Assembly: GCA_019695095.1 (NCBI GenBank)
Contig: JAIBAQ010000002.1
Span: 40,995-104,994 of the forward strand
DNA from: Candidatus Hydrogenedentota bacterium
GTDB taxonomy: Bacteria > Hydrogenedentota > Hydrogenedentia > Hydrogenedentales > SLHB01
DNA: 64,000 nucleotides
Direction of reading: 5' to 3'
Shown here: in pieces, positions 37,344 to 46,305 of the stretch
Position numbering within the stretch: position 1 is the stretch's first letter
Layout of the letters: each line of letters opens with the position of its first letter
Translations under genes and position numbers: made by a program
Notes under the pieces: model-generated
What the model saw: the letters and a program-made list of their open reading frames with translations, nothing else
Told to the model about the DNA's origin: nothing
The model's database searches: none

Positions 37344-38348
37344 TTACTGGTTCTGCAGGACGTCAAGCATGGCAGCGACATTTTCGGGTCGCGCGTCGCC
37401 AGGCACCGCGTGCGCTGGTGAGGCGAACAAACCGCCGTTTTCACCAACGCGCTCCAGAAGCTGTCGGACGTGAGTCCGAACCTCATGGGGTGTAGCGTAG
37501 GGCAGGATTTGCTGTGTGCTTATACCACCGTGAAAGCAAAGCCGATCGCCGTAGCGTGCTTTTGCGTCGAAGACGTCAATGACCTCCGGTTGAAACGGAT
37601 TGAATACGTCGATGCCTGCGTCGATCAGGTCGGGGAACAATTCGTCCACCTTTCCACATGAATGGATGAATACGAATTTCCCGTGCTTCTTTACATGCGA
37701 GTACATGCATCGAGCTCGGGGAAGGATGAATTTCCGCCAGAGATCGCGGCCCATCAAGAGGCCGCGTTGACTCCCCCAGTCGTCGCCGAAATACATCGCA
37801 TCGATAGCGTATTTGCAGGCACGGTCGATCACGGCAAGATTGAACTCCAGTATGCGGTCAAGCAATGCGTGAACGAACTCGGGTTGAGCTACCATTCCCA
37901 TCAAGACGTTTTCCATGCCTGCCAAGGTCCAAGCGCGCTCGAAGAGCGAGAAACCTAGGTTCGCAATGATGAAGCGATCGTCTTGTTGCTCTTTTGACTT
38001 GGGAAAGCCCTCGTAGCGCGTTGAGTCATTGGGGTCGGGCAATTCGAACGAGTGGACGTTCTCCGGAGTGACCAGGCTGTTGCATACAACACCGATATCC
38101 TTGTCGACAGACCGGTCCCACAGCACTCCAAAAGGATCGCGCCAGACATTCGGCGCCGTCTCCGTCCATGCATTTGCCGGGTTTGTGTCCAGCAGGGTGA
38201 GGCAATTGCCCAGCGCCGTCTCGAAATCCGAGTGGCCGAAGTATCCAACCATCACCGCGCGCGCCTTCTGTGTAAACTCCACGTTGTACGGCACGAAATC
38301 GGGCTGCTCGTGGCGAAGCGTCGCCAGCACACGCTCACGGTTCGTCAT
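37344..38348 (-). CDS. URO-D superfamily protein of MtaA/CmuA methyltransferase type (paralog of 20249..21475)
   Basis: Same N-terminal RERVLATLRHEQPDFV. H-x-C motif FIHSCGKV, DLIDAGIDVFNP, and a downstream CFHGG. About 335 aa. Confidence 0.75.
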   Translation of the reverse strand: MTNRERVLATLRHEQPDFVPYNVEFTQKARAVMVGYFGHSDFETALGNCLTLLDTNPANAWTETAPNVWRDPFGVLWDRSVDKDIGVVCNSLVTPENVHSFELPDPNDSTRYEGFPKSKEQQDDRFIIANLGFSLFERAWTLAGMENVLMGMVAQPEFVHALLDRILEFNLAVIDRACKYAIDAMYFGDDWGSQRGLLMGRDLWRKFILPRARCMYSHVKKHGKFVFIHSCGKVDELFPDLIDAGIDVFNPFQPEVIDVFDAKARYGDRLCFHGGISTQQILPYATPHEVRTHVRQLLERVGENGGLFASPAHAVPGDARPENVAAMLDVLQNQ

Positions 38349-38381
38349 GGTTCACACACCAGCCGGGATACCTCATTCCGA

Positions 38382-40517
38382 TCAAAAGGTCAATTCCTTC
38401 TCCGACTCGACGTTCTTCAGGAGATCCTCTTTCTTGAACCATGTCGGCTTGAATGTGCGTTCGGCATACAATTTCTGAGCCTGATCTACGTGATGGGGGG
38501 AGGCCGGGTCTGCGCTCTGACCCCAATTCAGAATGCTGTATGACTCGATGCCGTCGCGATGAAGGAGCGTGAGCAGAATTGTGTGCGAGCCGCCTACACC
38601 GACGAACTTCCCGGATCCCTTAGGCTCCTCACGGCAATCCACATCCATGACAGTCTCCGTGCGGTCCATCTGTCCACCACCGCCAAACTCTGCGCCGGGA
38701 CAGGCAAAGTACTTGCCGTTGCGTCCAATGAGATTGATGTCGCCCCACGTGATATCCAATGTGCCGTAGACCTTCTTCATTTCAGCCACAGCGTCATCAA
38801 GCTTGTCGAGCAAGAGACTCTGATTCTCAGTGCTCAGGGGCTTGCCCTGAGCTATGTCTGGCATGGGAAGGCTTTGCTCGCACTTTAAGCGCCAATAGCG
38901 CATATAGGGTCCGGCCTTGCTGTCTCTCGTGAAGAAACCATCCCAACCGAGAATCACCGAGACGGCGCGTGCAAAATCCGGGTTCGACTTATGCAGGTCT
39001 TTATGGGCGTCCAAGGCCTCGCGTAGCGCCTTCTGCCAGGGTTTTGCAGAGATATCGTAGACATCGAGCGCATACTTCATCGCTTCATCTTTGGTTACGG
39101 AAGAATCCGCGTCGATCAGTTCCACCAGTCTTGCTCCGCGAGGAGTCTGATAGTCCCACGTCACGTTGTACAGGTACGGCTTGTACTTGTCCGGAGTCAT
39201 CGGAGATTCCTTCATCATGTTCTCCGGGCTGATATTGCAGTTGACGAAGTAACCTTGAGGCGGGTTTTCCATTTGTACGAGCTCGTCTATCTTGTGAATG
39301 CCCTTCCATCGTGTGGCTTCCGTGCCGCCCGGCACCGGGACAGACCAGTTATACCCTTCCGGACGCACGGGCGTATTGCCGTTTCGAAGATACCGGATGT
39401 TGCCTTCCGTGTCAGCGAAGGACACGTTTACCTCTACCAACTGGAGCATGGACAAAGCCTGGTAGAACTCGCTGCAATTCTTGGCGGAGACCATCTGCAG
39501 GAGTTGCTCAAGGACCCGGCTCTCGCCGAAGTAGGGTGATGCTCCGCAGTACGCGATCCCTTTTGCCGTGTCAGGTTCTGCAATCACCGGGCCGTAAAGC
39601 GAATAGACCATGGGCTTCTGCAGAGTGGGATTGTCCTTTATTGCGATGGAGGTCATCTTGACATCGAACTCGCGCCACTCTCCGTTGTACTGGTATTGAA
39701 GCGGGTTCTGCGGATTCAGCTTCACCATGTACACGTCGGCTGTGTCGGGTCCGCCGACGCAGTATGCCCAAGCCACGTGTCCCGAATGCCCCACGGCTGG
39801 CAGCGGGGTTCCCACCATCCAGAAGCCGCACAGATCGACATTCCCGGCATGCATGCGCCCTTCGTAAAAGAGCTCCATCCCTTCCCATGTAAGGTGCGGG
39901 TCGGCCAGAAAGATCGGGCAGCCTTCCGCCGAGCGGGACGGTCCGATGGCGAAGGCATTTGAGCCAAATGAGGGCGCCTTATCCTTTCGGCTGAGTTCTC
40001 GCATGACCGTCTCCAGCGGCCAATTCAACATCATGGCCCGCTGGATGGCCGCGCATTGCCAACCGTGCAACTCCACAGCAAATGGAGGCTTCTTGTCGGG
40101 GTACTCGGACACATACGCTTCGACGCCCCGCATGAAGTTGTCTCCCAGCTCGGTTATGTAAGATGGGGCGGTTGTCCAGTACTTCTTGCACAGTTCGTCG
40201 TTGCCCACAAGGCGCATGATGTAGTCGCGTTCGGCGAATTGAGGGCCAAACACTTCGGATAGCGTACCGGTCGCGATTCGCACGTTCTTGTAGATATCCT
40301 CAAGCCGATCCTCGGCCTGGGCATATCCCATCGCGTAAGCGGCTTCCGCCAGCGTTTCTGCGTAAACGTGTGGGGTGCCCCACGTATCACGAAAGAGAGT
40401 TGCCTTGTGGGCATCGTTTGCGCCGGCACTCGCCAACAGCGAACCCGCAAGACAGGCCCATATTGTGAAGTTGAGAGCACGGATCGCCTCTCTCTTCGAA
40501 TCACGCGTTGCTATCAC
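38382..40517 (-). CDS. Penicillin amidase / acyl-homoserine-lactone acylase family protein (peptidase S45, Ntn-hydrolase)
   Basis: Signal peptide. Autoproteolytic site ...GS/NAFAIGPSRSAEG with the N-terminal nucleophile Ser. Length 711 aa, fitting an alpha-spacer-beta organisation. Confidence 0.85.
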   Translation of the reverse strand: MIATRDSKREAIRALNFTIWACLAGSLLASAGANDAHKATLFRDTWGTPHVYAETLAEAAYAMGYAQAEDRLEDIYKNVRIATGTLSEVFGPQFAERDYIMRLVGNDELCKKYWTTAPSYITELGDNFMRGVEAYVSEYPDKKPPFAVELHGWQCAAIQRAMMLNWPLETVMRELSRKDKAPSFGSNAFAIGPSRSAEGCPIFLADPHLTWEGMELFYEGRMHAGNVDLCGFWMVGTPLPAVGHSGHVAWAYCVGGPDTADVYMVKLNPQNPLQYQYNGEWREFDVKMTSIAIKDNPTLQKPMVYSLYGPVIAEPDTAKGIAYCGASPYFGESRVLEQLLQMVSAKNCSEFYQALSMLQLVEVNVSFADTEGNIRYLRNGNTPVRPEGYNWSVPVPGGTEATRWKGIHKIDELVQMENPPQGYFVNCNISPENMMKESPMTPDKYKPYLYNVTWDYQTPRGARLVELIDADSSVTKDEAMKYALDVYDISAKPWQKALREALDAHKDLHKSNPDFARAVSVILGWDGFFTRDSKAGPYMRYWRLKCEQSLPMPDIAQGKPLSTENQSLLLDKLDDAVAEMKKVYGTLDITWGDINLIGRNGKYFACPGAEFGGGGQMDRTETVMDVDCREEPKGSGKFVGVGGSHTILLTLLHRDGIESYSILNWGQSADPASPHHVDQAQKLYAERTFKPTWFKKEDLLKNVESEKELTF

Positions 40518-40574
40518 GATACCCCCTCATGTCACGCGCCTCCCGGCGCAATTTCGAAGCTTGTGGTGAGTCAT

Positions 40575-41651
40575 CTACTTCGATCGCGTATCGAAAGGCG
40601 GCACAATCGCGCGCACCGAAGCACGCTCCAGCAATTCAGGAGTGACCCATTCCGTAATTAGGTCCATTGGACCCCGATTTTCGATTACTCTAACCAGCAA
40701 CTTCGCCGTCATTTCTCCCATCACGTGAGGGAGCGTGTCCACCGTCGTCAGCGGAGGGCCCAGCAGTTCCGCGAAATCGATGCCATCGAATCCGACCACG
40801 CTCAAGTCGCCCGGAATGTCGAGGGAGAGTTCGTGAGCGGCCCGATACGTACCCATTGCCACCATGTCATTAAAGCACACGAGTGCAGTGGGTCTGGTGA
40901 CGGGGTTCTTCAAGAGGTTGAGTGCGGCGCGGTATCCCGCTGCGGCCGTTTCTCCGGCGTCTGCGAACACTGCCTCGGACACAGGGATGTCATGTTCGAT
41001 CAACGCTTCAACAAACCCCAATTGCCTTTCTTTATCCGTTACAGAGAACGTGGGGCCGGCCAAGTACGCCAAGCGGCGGTGCCCCTTGGAGATTACGTAC
41101 TCTGCGGAAAGCTTCATCGCGGCCCGATTGTCCACTTGAATGCTGTGCGACTCGGTCCCCACCAGTTTGCCTTGCGCTACCAAGGGAACCCCTTCCTCAA
41201 TGATGCGGCGCGCATACACCCCGCCGGGTCCTTCCGCCCCGCGCAGGACGATGTAACCCGCCGGGCGGTAGGCGTACAAATTCTGGAGGGTTTCGGGGTC
41301 GTCTTGGTCCTCAGGGCGAACGCTCCGGAAAAGAATGTGATAGCCATGCGCTTCCAAGGTCGCATTGATGCCTCGGAACATCATCATGTGGAACGGACTG
41401 CCCATATTGGAGGCGAGGACGGCAATCATGCGCGACAATCGCCCCACAAAGGCCCGCGCAATGTTCCCCGAAGCGTAATTGCCCTGGCGTAAGCACTCGA
41501 GGACTTTGCGCCTCGTCTGCTCGCGCACATTGGGTTTCCCATTCAGAACTGCGGACACCGTTGAGCGAGATACTCCGCACAGCCGGGCAATCTCGGCGGT
41601 GGTGGTGGCGCGCTTCGTCTTGTTTGCTGTCTCTGTTTTCATGACATCCAC
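40575..41651 (-). CDS. LacI-family transcriptional regulator
   Basis: HTH TTAEIARLCGVSRSTVSAVLNG, then a periplasmic-binding-protein-like sugar-binding core. Confidence 0.9.
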   Translation of the reverse strand: MDVMKTETANKTKRATTTAEIARLCGVSRSTVSAVLNGKPNVREQTRRKVLECLRQGNYASGNIARAFVGRLSRMIAVLASNMGSPFHMMMFRGINATLEAHGYHILFRSVRPEDQDDPETLQNLYAYRPAGYIVLRGAEGPGGVYARRIIEEGVPLVAQGKLVGTESHSIQVDNRAAMKLSAEYVISKGHRRLAYLAGPTFSVTDKERQLGFVEALIEHDIPVSEAVFADAGETAAAGYRAALNLLKNPVTRPTALVCFNDMVAMGTYRAAHELSLDIPGDLSVVGFDGIDFAELLGPPLTTVDTLPHVMGEMTAKLLVRVIENRGPMDLITEWVTPELLERASVRAIVPPFDTRSK

Positions 41652-41720
41652 GTTGTGCCGCGTACCTTCATCTCCATTATTGCACGCTTTGAGCTAAAAA
41701 TCAACAAATGATAATTATTG

Positions 41721-41737
41721 AATTGCTATTAGCAATT
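41721..41737. promoter_or_regulatory. 17-bp palindrome AATTGCTATTAGCAATT, candidate operator ~70 bp upstream of the LacI gene
   Basis: Perfect 8-bp arms around a single central base. Lies in the AT-rich region shared by the LacI gene and the divergent DUF1559 gene. Confidence 0.3.
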
Positions 41738-42348
41738 GTAATAGTCAAATTGTCGTTTAGTGCTTGCCGATATAGAGATTACGTATAGTTGTTAGAGGAG
41801 CTGACTTACCAGATTCCATTCGACGAAAGTCGATGCTTTCTTCTTTAACGGGTCGATGAGGAGTCGGTCAGAAATCACTCTCAAGTTCTTCAAATTCAAC
41901 TATATTTAACGTAAGTCACTATTTATAAGTATTTTATGTGACTGAGCTGCGATGGCATCCTGGTTTGACCCGACCGGCAACACTCGTTGAGACTCAGCGC
42001 GCATCGAAGTTCTTTGGGCGGCAATCACAGCGCACGGACCATGGCAGTCGCTCAGCCAGTCTAAGCAGAATTCGCACACGTTGTCACTTTGCACTGGTAT
42101 ATTCCATTCCAAGGCTCTATTGTGGCGTATCAGGTGCCTTAACACGGATTGGAGTGGGTCAATTCAGTTTAAGGCATTTATTTTGAAATATTTATGTCAA
42201 GGCATAATGCTTGATATAGAGCATTAGTCTTTCTCTTTTTATCAGTATATGGAGGCATGCGCTTTTGTCATTGTGAAGGATTTGTTTACAAATTAGTCAT
42301 TTGTCGATATACATAATTTATTCTAAGTAGACGAAAAGAAAATTTGTC

Positions 42349-42377
42349 TTGACACCGTCGACTTCTTCAGCTAGAAT
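42349..42377 (+). promoter_or_regulatory. Sigma70-type promoter TTGACA-17nt-TAGAAT driving the DUF1559 pseudopilin-like gene
   Basis: Perfect -35 (42349-42354), 17-nt spacer, -10 TAGAAT (42372-42377). Predicted ~105-nt leader ending in an AAAGGAG ribosome-binding site before the ATG at 42489. Confidence 0.55.
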
Positions 42378-42488
42378 CTCAACATGGGCCGCAGACGTGA
42401 TAAGGCCTGAGTCAGGGGCAGTACTTGGCGCGGTTCCTATTCGTACGGGCGATAGGGGCGGTCAGGAAATAACAAAGGAGTTATAGCG

Positions 42489-43451
42489 ATGAGGAAGAGG
42501 GGTTTTACTCTAATCGAACTGCTTGTCGTAATCGCCATCATCGGCATACTTGCCGCCATTCTCTTGCCGGCACTGGCCCGTGCCCGTGAGGCGGCCCGGC
42601 GCGCGAGTTGCGCAAACAACCTCAAGCAGTGGGGACTGGTCTACAAGATGTACTCGGGCGAATCCAAAGGCGAAAAGTTCCCGCCCATGCAGGTCGGATC
42701 ATGGTTCGATGCAACCGGTTCTTACGCGGTCGATCCTTCAACGGGGCCAATCCTGTTTGACTTGAGCTTTGGTCCCTGCGTTCCGAGCATCTATCCGGAA
42801 TACTTGACCGACCCCAACGTCATGTTCTGTCCGTCTGATGCATCGACCCCGATGTACATCGATCTGCAGAAAGATCCCGATGGCACCCTGTCTGGCGCAC
42901 CCAATGCTAATTGCACGGGCTATATGTCATGGAATGGCAGCGCGTGCATGCGCGGCATCGACGCCAGCTACCTGTATCTTGGGTGGATGCTCGACAAGGC
43001 AGATGGCGACGACCAGCTCTCTGGTACGGGGACATCTTTGCAGGGCGATGCATTTGTGGCTGCCCTTGTTCCTGCCGCAACCCCCGAGATCACTGCGCTT
43101 GTGGCGTCCGGTGCGGAAGGTTTTGCCGCCAGCATGGCCAATGACCTTGAAGTCGGCGCCGGACTGGGCAACGGTGCATCGGATACGCTCTATCACCTGC
43201 GTGAAGGTATTGAGCGCTTTATGATCAGCGATATCAACAATGCGGCCGCTTCCGCCGTGGCGCAAAGTGAAATCTGGGTTATGTGCGACGGGGTCTCCAC
43301 CACGGCGTCTGCCTACAGCCATGTTCCCGGCGGTGGCAATGTCCTGTTTATGGATGGGCACGTGTCGTTCTCGAAGTACGATGTAGGCGGCAAAGCCCCG
43401 ATCAATGGACCAATGGCCAGGACAGTGGGCTCGCTTGCGAGCGACTTCTAG
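42489..43451 (+). CDS. Prepilin-type N-terminal cleavage/methylation domain protein with C-terminal DUF1559 (H-X9-DG) domain
   Basis: [29 protein letters not shown] is a type IV pilin/pseudopilin leader with Gly-Phe cleavage and Glu+5. C-terminal [12 protein letters not shown] gives the H-x9-DG signature. Confidence 0.9.
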   Translation: MRKRGFTLIELLVVIAIIGILAAILLPALARAREAARRASCANNLKQWGLVYKMYSGESKGEKFPPMQVGSWFDATGSYAVDPSTGPILFDLSFGPCVPSIYPEYLTDPNVMFCPSDASTPMYIDLQKDPDGTLSGAPNANCTGYMSWNGSACMRGIDASYLYLGWMLDKADGDDQLSGTGTSLQGDAFVAALVPAATPEITALVASGAEGFAASMANDLEVGAGLGNGASDTLYHLREGIERFMISDINNAAASAVAQSEIWVMCDGVSTTASAYSHVPGGGNVLFMDGHVSFSKYDVGGKAPINGPMARTVGSLASDF

Positions 43452-43557
43452 TCGAACTCCCGCACGGCAGTCAATTTAATCCGGTTGGTTTTGGAGCGAG
43501 GGGCGCGGAAGCTGGAATGGCGCAACCGCGAGAGTGACTTGCACCAACCACATGTAT

Positions 43558-43581
43558 GGCGCCCGCCTTCGGGCGGGCGCC
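43558..43581 (+). other. Stable GC hairpin with UUCG tetraloop ~105 nt downstream of the DUF1559 gene (no U-tract)
   Basis: ggcgcccgcc-ttcg-ggcgggcgcc, a perfect 10-bp stem. Could be an intrinsic-terminator-like or RNA-stability element. Confidence 0.35.
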
Positions 43582-43818
43582 TCCGGCATCACTCAAGAGG
43601 TCCATTCCCATCCCGAGTATCGGGTTAGCTGGCAACGTGGCGATGGATCTAAGACGATGAAGGGGACATCGGGGGTGTCCGTTCCGCCAGCTATCTTGGC
43701 TAATACGTTGGACCTTCATCGCGATTACGGCTGCAAGGACCGCCGAGAGTAAGTCGCAGACCATCCCATTGCACGGTAGAGTTTTGCGCCCAGGGCGCAT
43801 TATGGAAAGGCAACACGA

Positions 43819-45882
43819 ATGGGTCGATTCAGACCACCCTATCTGGGCGCCGCATATTATCCCGAGACGTGGCCCCGCGAGCAGTTGGACGAGGACATCA
43901 AGCTTATGCGCGATGCGGGCATGAATGTCATGCGCATTGCAGAGTTTGCGTGGAGCAGCATGGAGCCTGCAGAAGGGCGGCTGGAACTTGGCTGGCTTCG
44001 CCGTGTCGTGGACAAGCTGGCAGAGGCCGGAATCGCGACCATTATGTGCACCCCCTCGTGTACACCGCCCGCATGGCTTACCGAGAAGTACCCGGAGGTC
44101 CTCGTGGTAAGCCATGCGGGAGTCCGAGCGCGGCACGGCTCGCGCCGCCATGTTTGTCCCAATAGCCCGATCTATCGCGGCCACTGCGAACGCATCGTGA
44201 CCCGGCTCGCCGAAATGTTTGGTCAAGACGAAAACGTCATCGGCTGGCAAATCGACAACGAAGTGGACCTTTGGAAAGGCGAGGGGTGCTTCTGCGATCT
44301 GTGCGTACGACTGTTTCGTGAGAGGCTCCGCAAAAAGTTCGGGAGCATTGATGCCCTCAACGAATCCTGGGGAACGCATCTCTGGAGTATGACGTACCAA
44401 TCGTTCGAACAGATCCCGGCTCCCGAGCCCAGCATCCACGATCACCCGTCCTTGTCGACGGCCTGGACCTTGTTCCAAAGCGACAGTATGGTGGACTACG
44501 TCCTTCATCAGGCGTCAATCCTGCATGAGCACGTTTCGCAGCCAGTCGGCACCGATATGATGCCCATCTTGTCGGTGAGTTACGAGAAACTGCACCGGCA
44601 TCTCGACATTGTTCAATACAATCACTACGACTCCATGGAAACCCTATGGAAGCAGGTCTTCTGGATGGATTATGTCCGCCCCTTCAAGACGGCTCCGTTC
44701 TGGAACACCGAAACGGCCACCTGTTGGAATGGCGGTGTCACTGCCAACGGCTATAAGGATCCCGGGTTCTGCCGCGTCAATTCCTGGCTTCCTATTGCGC
44801 TGGGAGCGGAGGCCAACTTGTATTGGTTGTGGCGGGCTCACTGGAGCGGCCAGGAACTCATGCACGGCTCCGTCGTGTCGAGCCACGGCAGGCCGTTGCA
44901 TATCATGGGAGAGGTGAAGGAAGTCGCAAAGGGTTTTGAGGCGGCTGGAGACTTCCTTTCACAGACAGTCCCCGCTCCTACAGGACTCGCCGTGCACGTT
45001 TCGACCGTAGCGTGGGCTCAGTTCCGCCACCAACCCATGGCAAACGGCTTTGACTATCTTGATTGTCTCTTGAATCGAGTATGCAGGCCGTTGATGGACG
45101 TGCATCTGCGTGTGGACTTTATCGATCCGGCGGATTCTCTAACAGACTATAGGGTTGTGTATTCACCCTTCCTGCCTGCTTTGGATGAGTCTCGACTTCG
45201 AGAGCGTCTGTGGACTTGGATAGAAGCAGGCGGAACATGGGTGGTGGGCCCGCTGTCCGATACGCGCACTCTCGAAGCCACAAAACCTGCCGGCGCCCCG
45301 TTCGCCTCCCTGGAAGAGTGGGCTGACATCTACTGTGCGTACGAGGTTCCCGGCGACCCTCGCGATTTCGCCTTCCGTTGGAACGACGGAACGGCGTCAC
45401 ACGGCAGTTTGTGGTATTCGGGTTTTGAGACCGAAAAGGCAAAGGTGTTGGCGTCTTACCTCGACGGTCCGCTGAAGGGCATGGCCGCGATCACTGAGAC
45501 TCGAGTTGGCATTGGGCGCATTATCGTGCTCGGCACACTTCTGAACTCCCAGGATATGAGGGCCTTGATGCTTCGGGTGTGCGGCGAGGCTGAGATCGTT
45601 CCCGCGGCCGATGCATCCCCCAATGTCCTCGTCGTCCCGCGCGTAGGAGAGGGCGGGTCGGGAACAATTGTAATGGAGATTGAGAACCGGACTGGGTATC
45701 TGCAACTGCACCAGCCGTGCAAAGATATCCTGACTGCGCGGAATTACGATGGGCGTGTCGAAATAGAGCCCTATCAAGTCTTGGTGCTTCAGACAGAGCG
45801 CAGCATTGTAAGCGATGACGGCGCATTGGCCGGTCACGTCTCCGATAGGGGACCGCTCGGATCGTTTGAGGAGGCTCCCTAG
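43819..45882 (+). CDS. Beta-galactosidase, glycoside hydrolase family 42
   Basis: GH42 A-domain with the catalytic-acid context GWQIDNE and the Zn-binding Cys cluster CFCDLC, then trimerisation and beta-sandwich domains. Its TAG stop codon (45880-45882) lies within the CTAG terminus of repeat copy D. Confidence 0.9.
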   Translation: MGRFRPPYLGAAYYPETWPREQLDEDIKLMRDAGMNVMRIAEFAWSSMEPAEGRLELGWLRRVVDKLAEAGIATIMCTPSCTPPAWLTEKYPEVLVVSHAGVRARHGSRRHVCPNSPIYRGHCERIVTRLAEMFGQDENVIGWQIDNEVDLWKGEGCFCDLCVRLFRERLRKKFGSIDALNESWGTHLWSMTYQSFEQIPAPEPSIHDHPSLSTAWTLFQSDSMVDYVLHQASILHEHVSQPVGTDMMPILSVSYEKLHRHLDIVQYNHYDSMETLWKQVFWMDYVRPFKTAPFWNTETATCWNGGVTANGYKDPGFCRVNSWLPIALGAEANLYWLWRAHWSGQELMHGSVVSSHGRPLHIMGEVKEVAKGFEAAGDFLSQTVPAPTGLAVHVSTVAWAQFRHQPMANGFDYLDCLLNRVCRPLMDVHLRVDFIDPADSLTDYRVVYSPFLPALDESRLRERLWTWIEAGGTWVVGPLSDTRTLEATKPAGAPFASLEEWADIYCAYEVPGDPRDFAFRWNDGTASHGSLWYSGFETEKAKVLASYLDGPLKGMAAITETRVGIGRIIVLGTLLNSQDMRALMLRVCGEAEIVPAADASPNVLVVPRVGEGGSGTIVMEIENRTGYLQLHQPCKDILTARNYDGRVEIEPYQVLVLQTERSIVSDDGALAGHVSDRGPLGSFEEAP

Positions 45883-46072
45883 TCCGCAATTTGCACCGGC
45901 GCGATTGAGCGCCGACGCAAATTGCTCACGTGCAAGACGTTGAGGTTATGCCATGAGGATTTCTCGCGAACACACTCTGCTTTCGGAGAACCGCTTTGTT
46001 TTTCGCCGCAAGTCTCGAAAGCACAATGGTTACGAGATAGGTTCAAGTGTGTACGTGAGAAATCCGGGCTAG
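45879..46072 (+). repeat. Copy D of ~195-bp palindromic MITE-like repeat
   Basis: Flanked by CTAG at both ends (45879-45882 and 46069-46072). Terminal hairpin carries the C/D variant gcgccgacgc. Lies between the GH42 gene and the sugar ABC importer operon. Confidence 0.9.
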
Positions 46073-46305
46073 CTCCGTCGTCAGAGATAATAGAGATGCA
46101 AAGTCGTGTGTGCCCCCCGGATTGTGCGAGGATGATTCTGCATCCGGCTTCAGCGCTTGCAGGGCCGTTCGGAATCGCTCTTTTGATGGACAAGCAAGAA
46201 TGGGGCTCAGGGGCAGCCATATCGACTTCGTGTGAATGAGGCCCCAGCCGAACGTGTCGGTTCGTGGCCAGAAAAGTACGCGACTTCACGAGAGGGGTGC
46301 GGCAC

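Noticed and set aside
42386-42488. Leader of the DUF1559 gene as a riboswitch
   Set aside because: About 105 nt, GC-rich, no recognisable riboswitch consensus; treated simply as a 5' UTR.
43471-44508. 345-aa minus-strand ORF
   Set aside because: Lies antisense to the well-supported GH42 beta-galactosidase gene (43819-45882). Arg/Ala/Gly/Pro-rich low-complexity translation typical of the reverse frame of a high-GC gene; no ribosome-binding site or homology.
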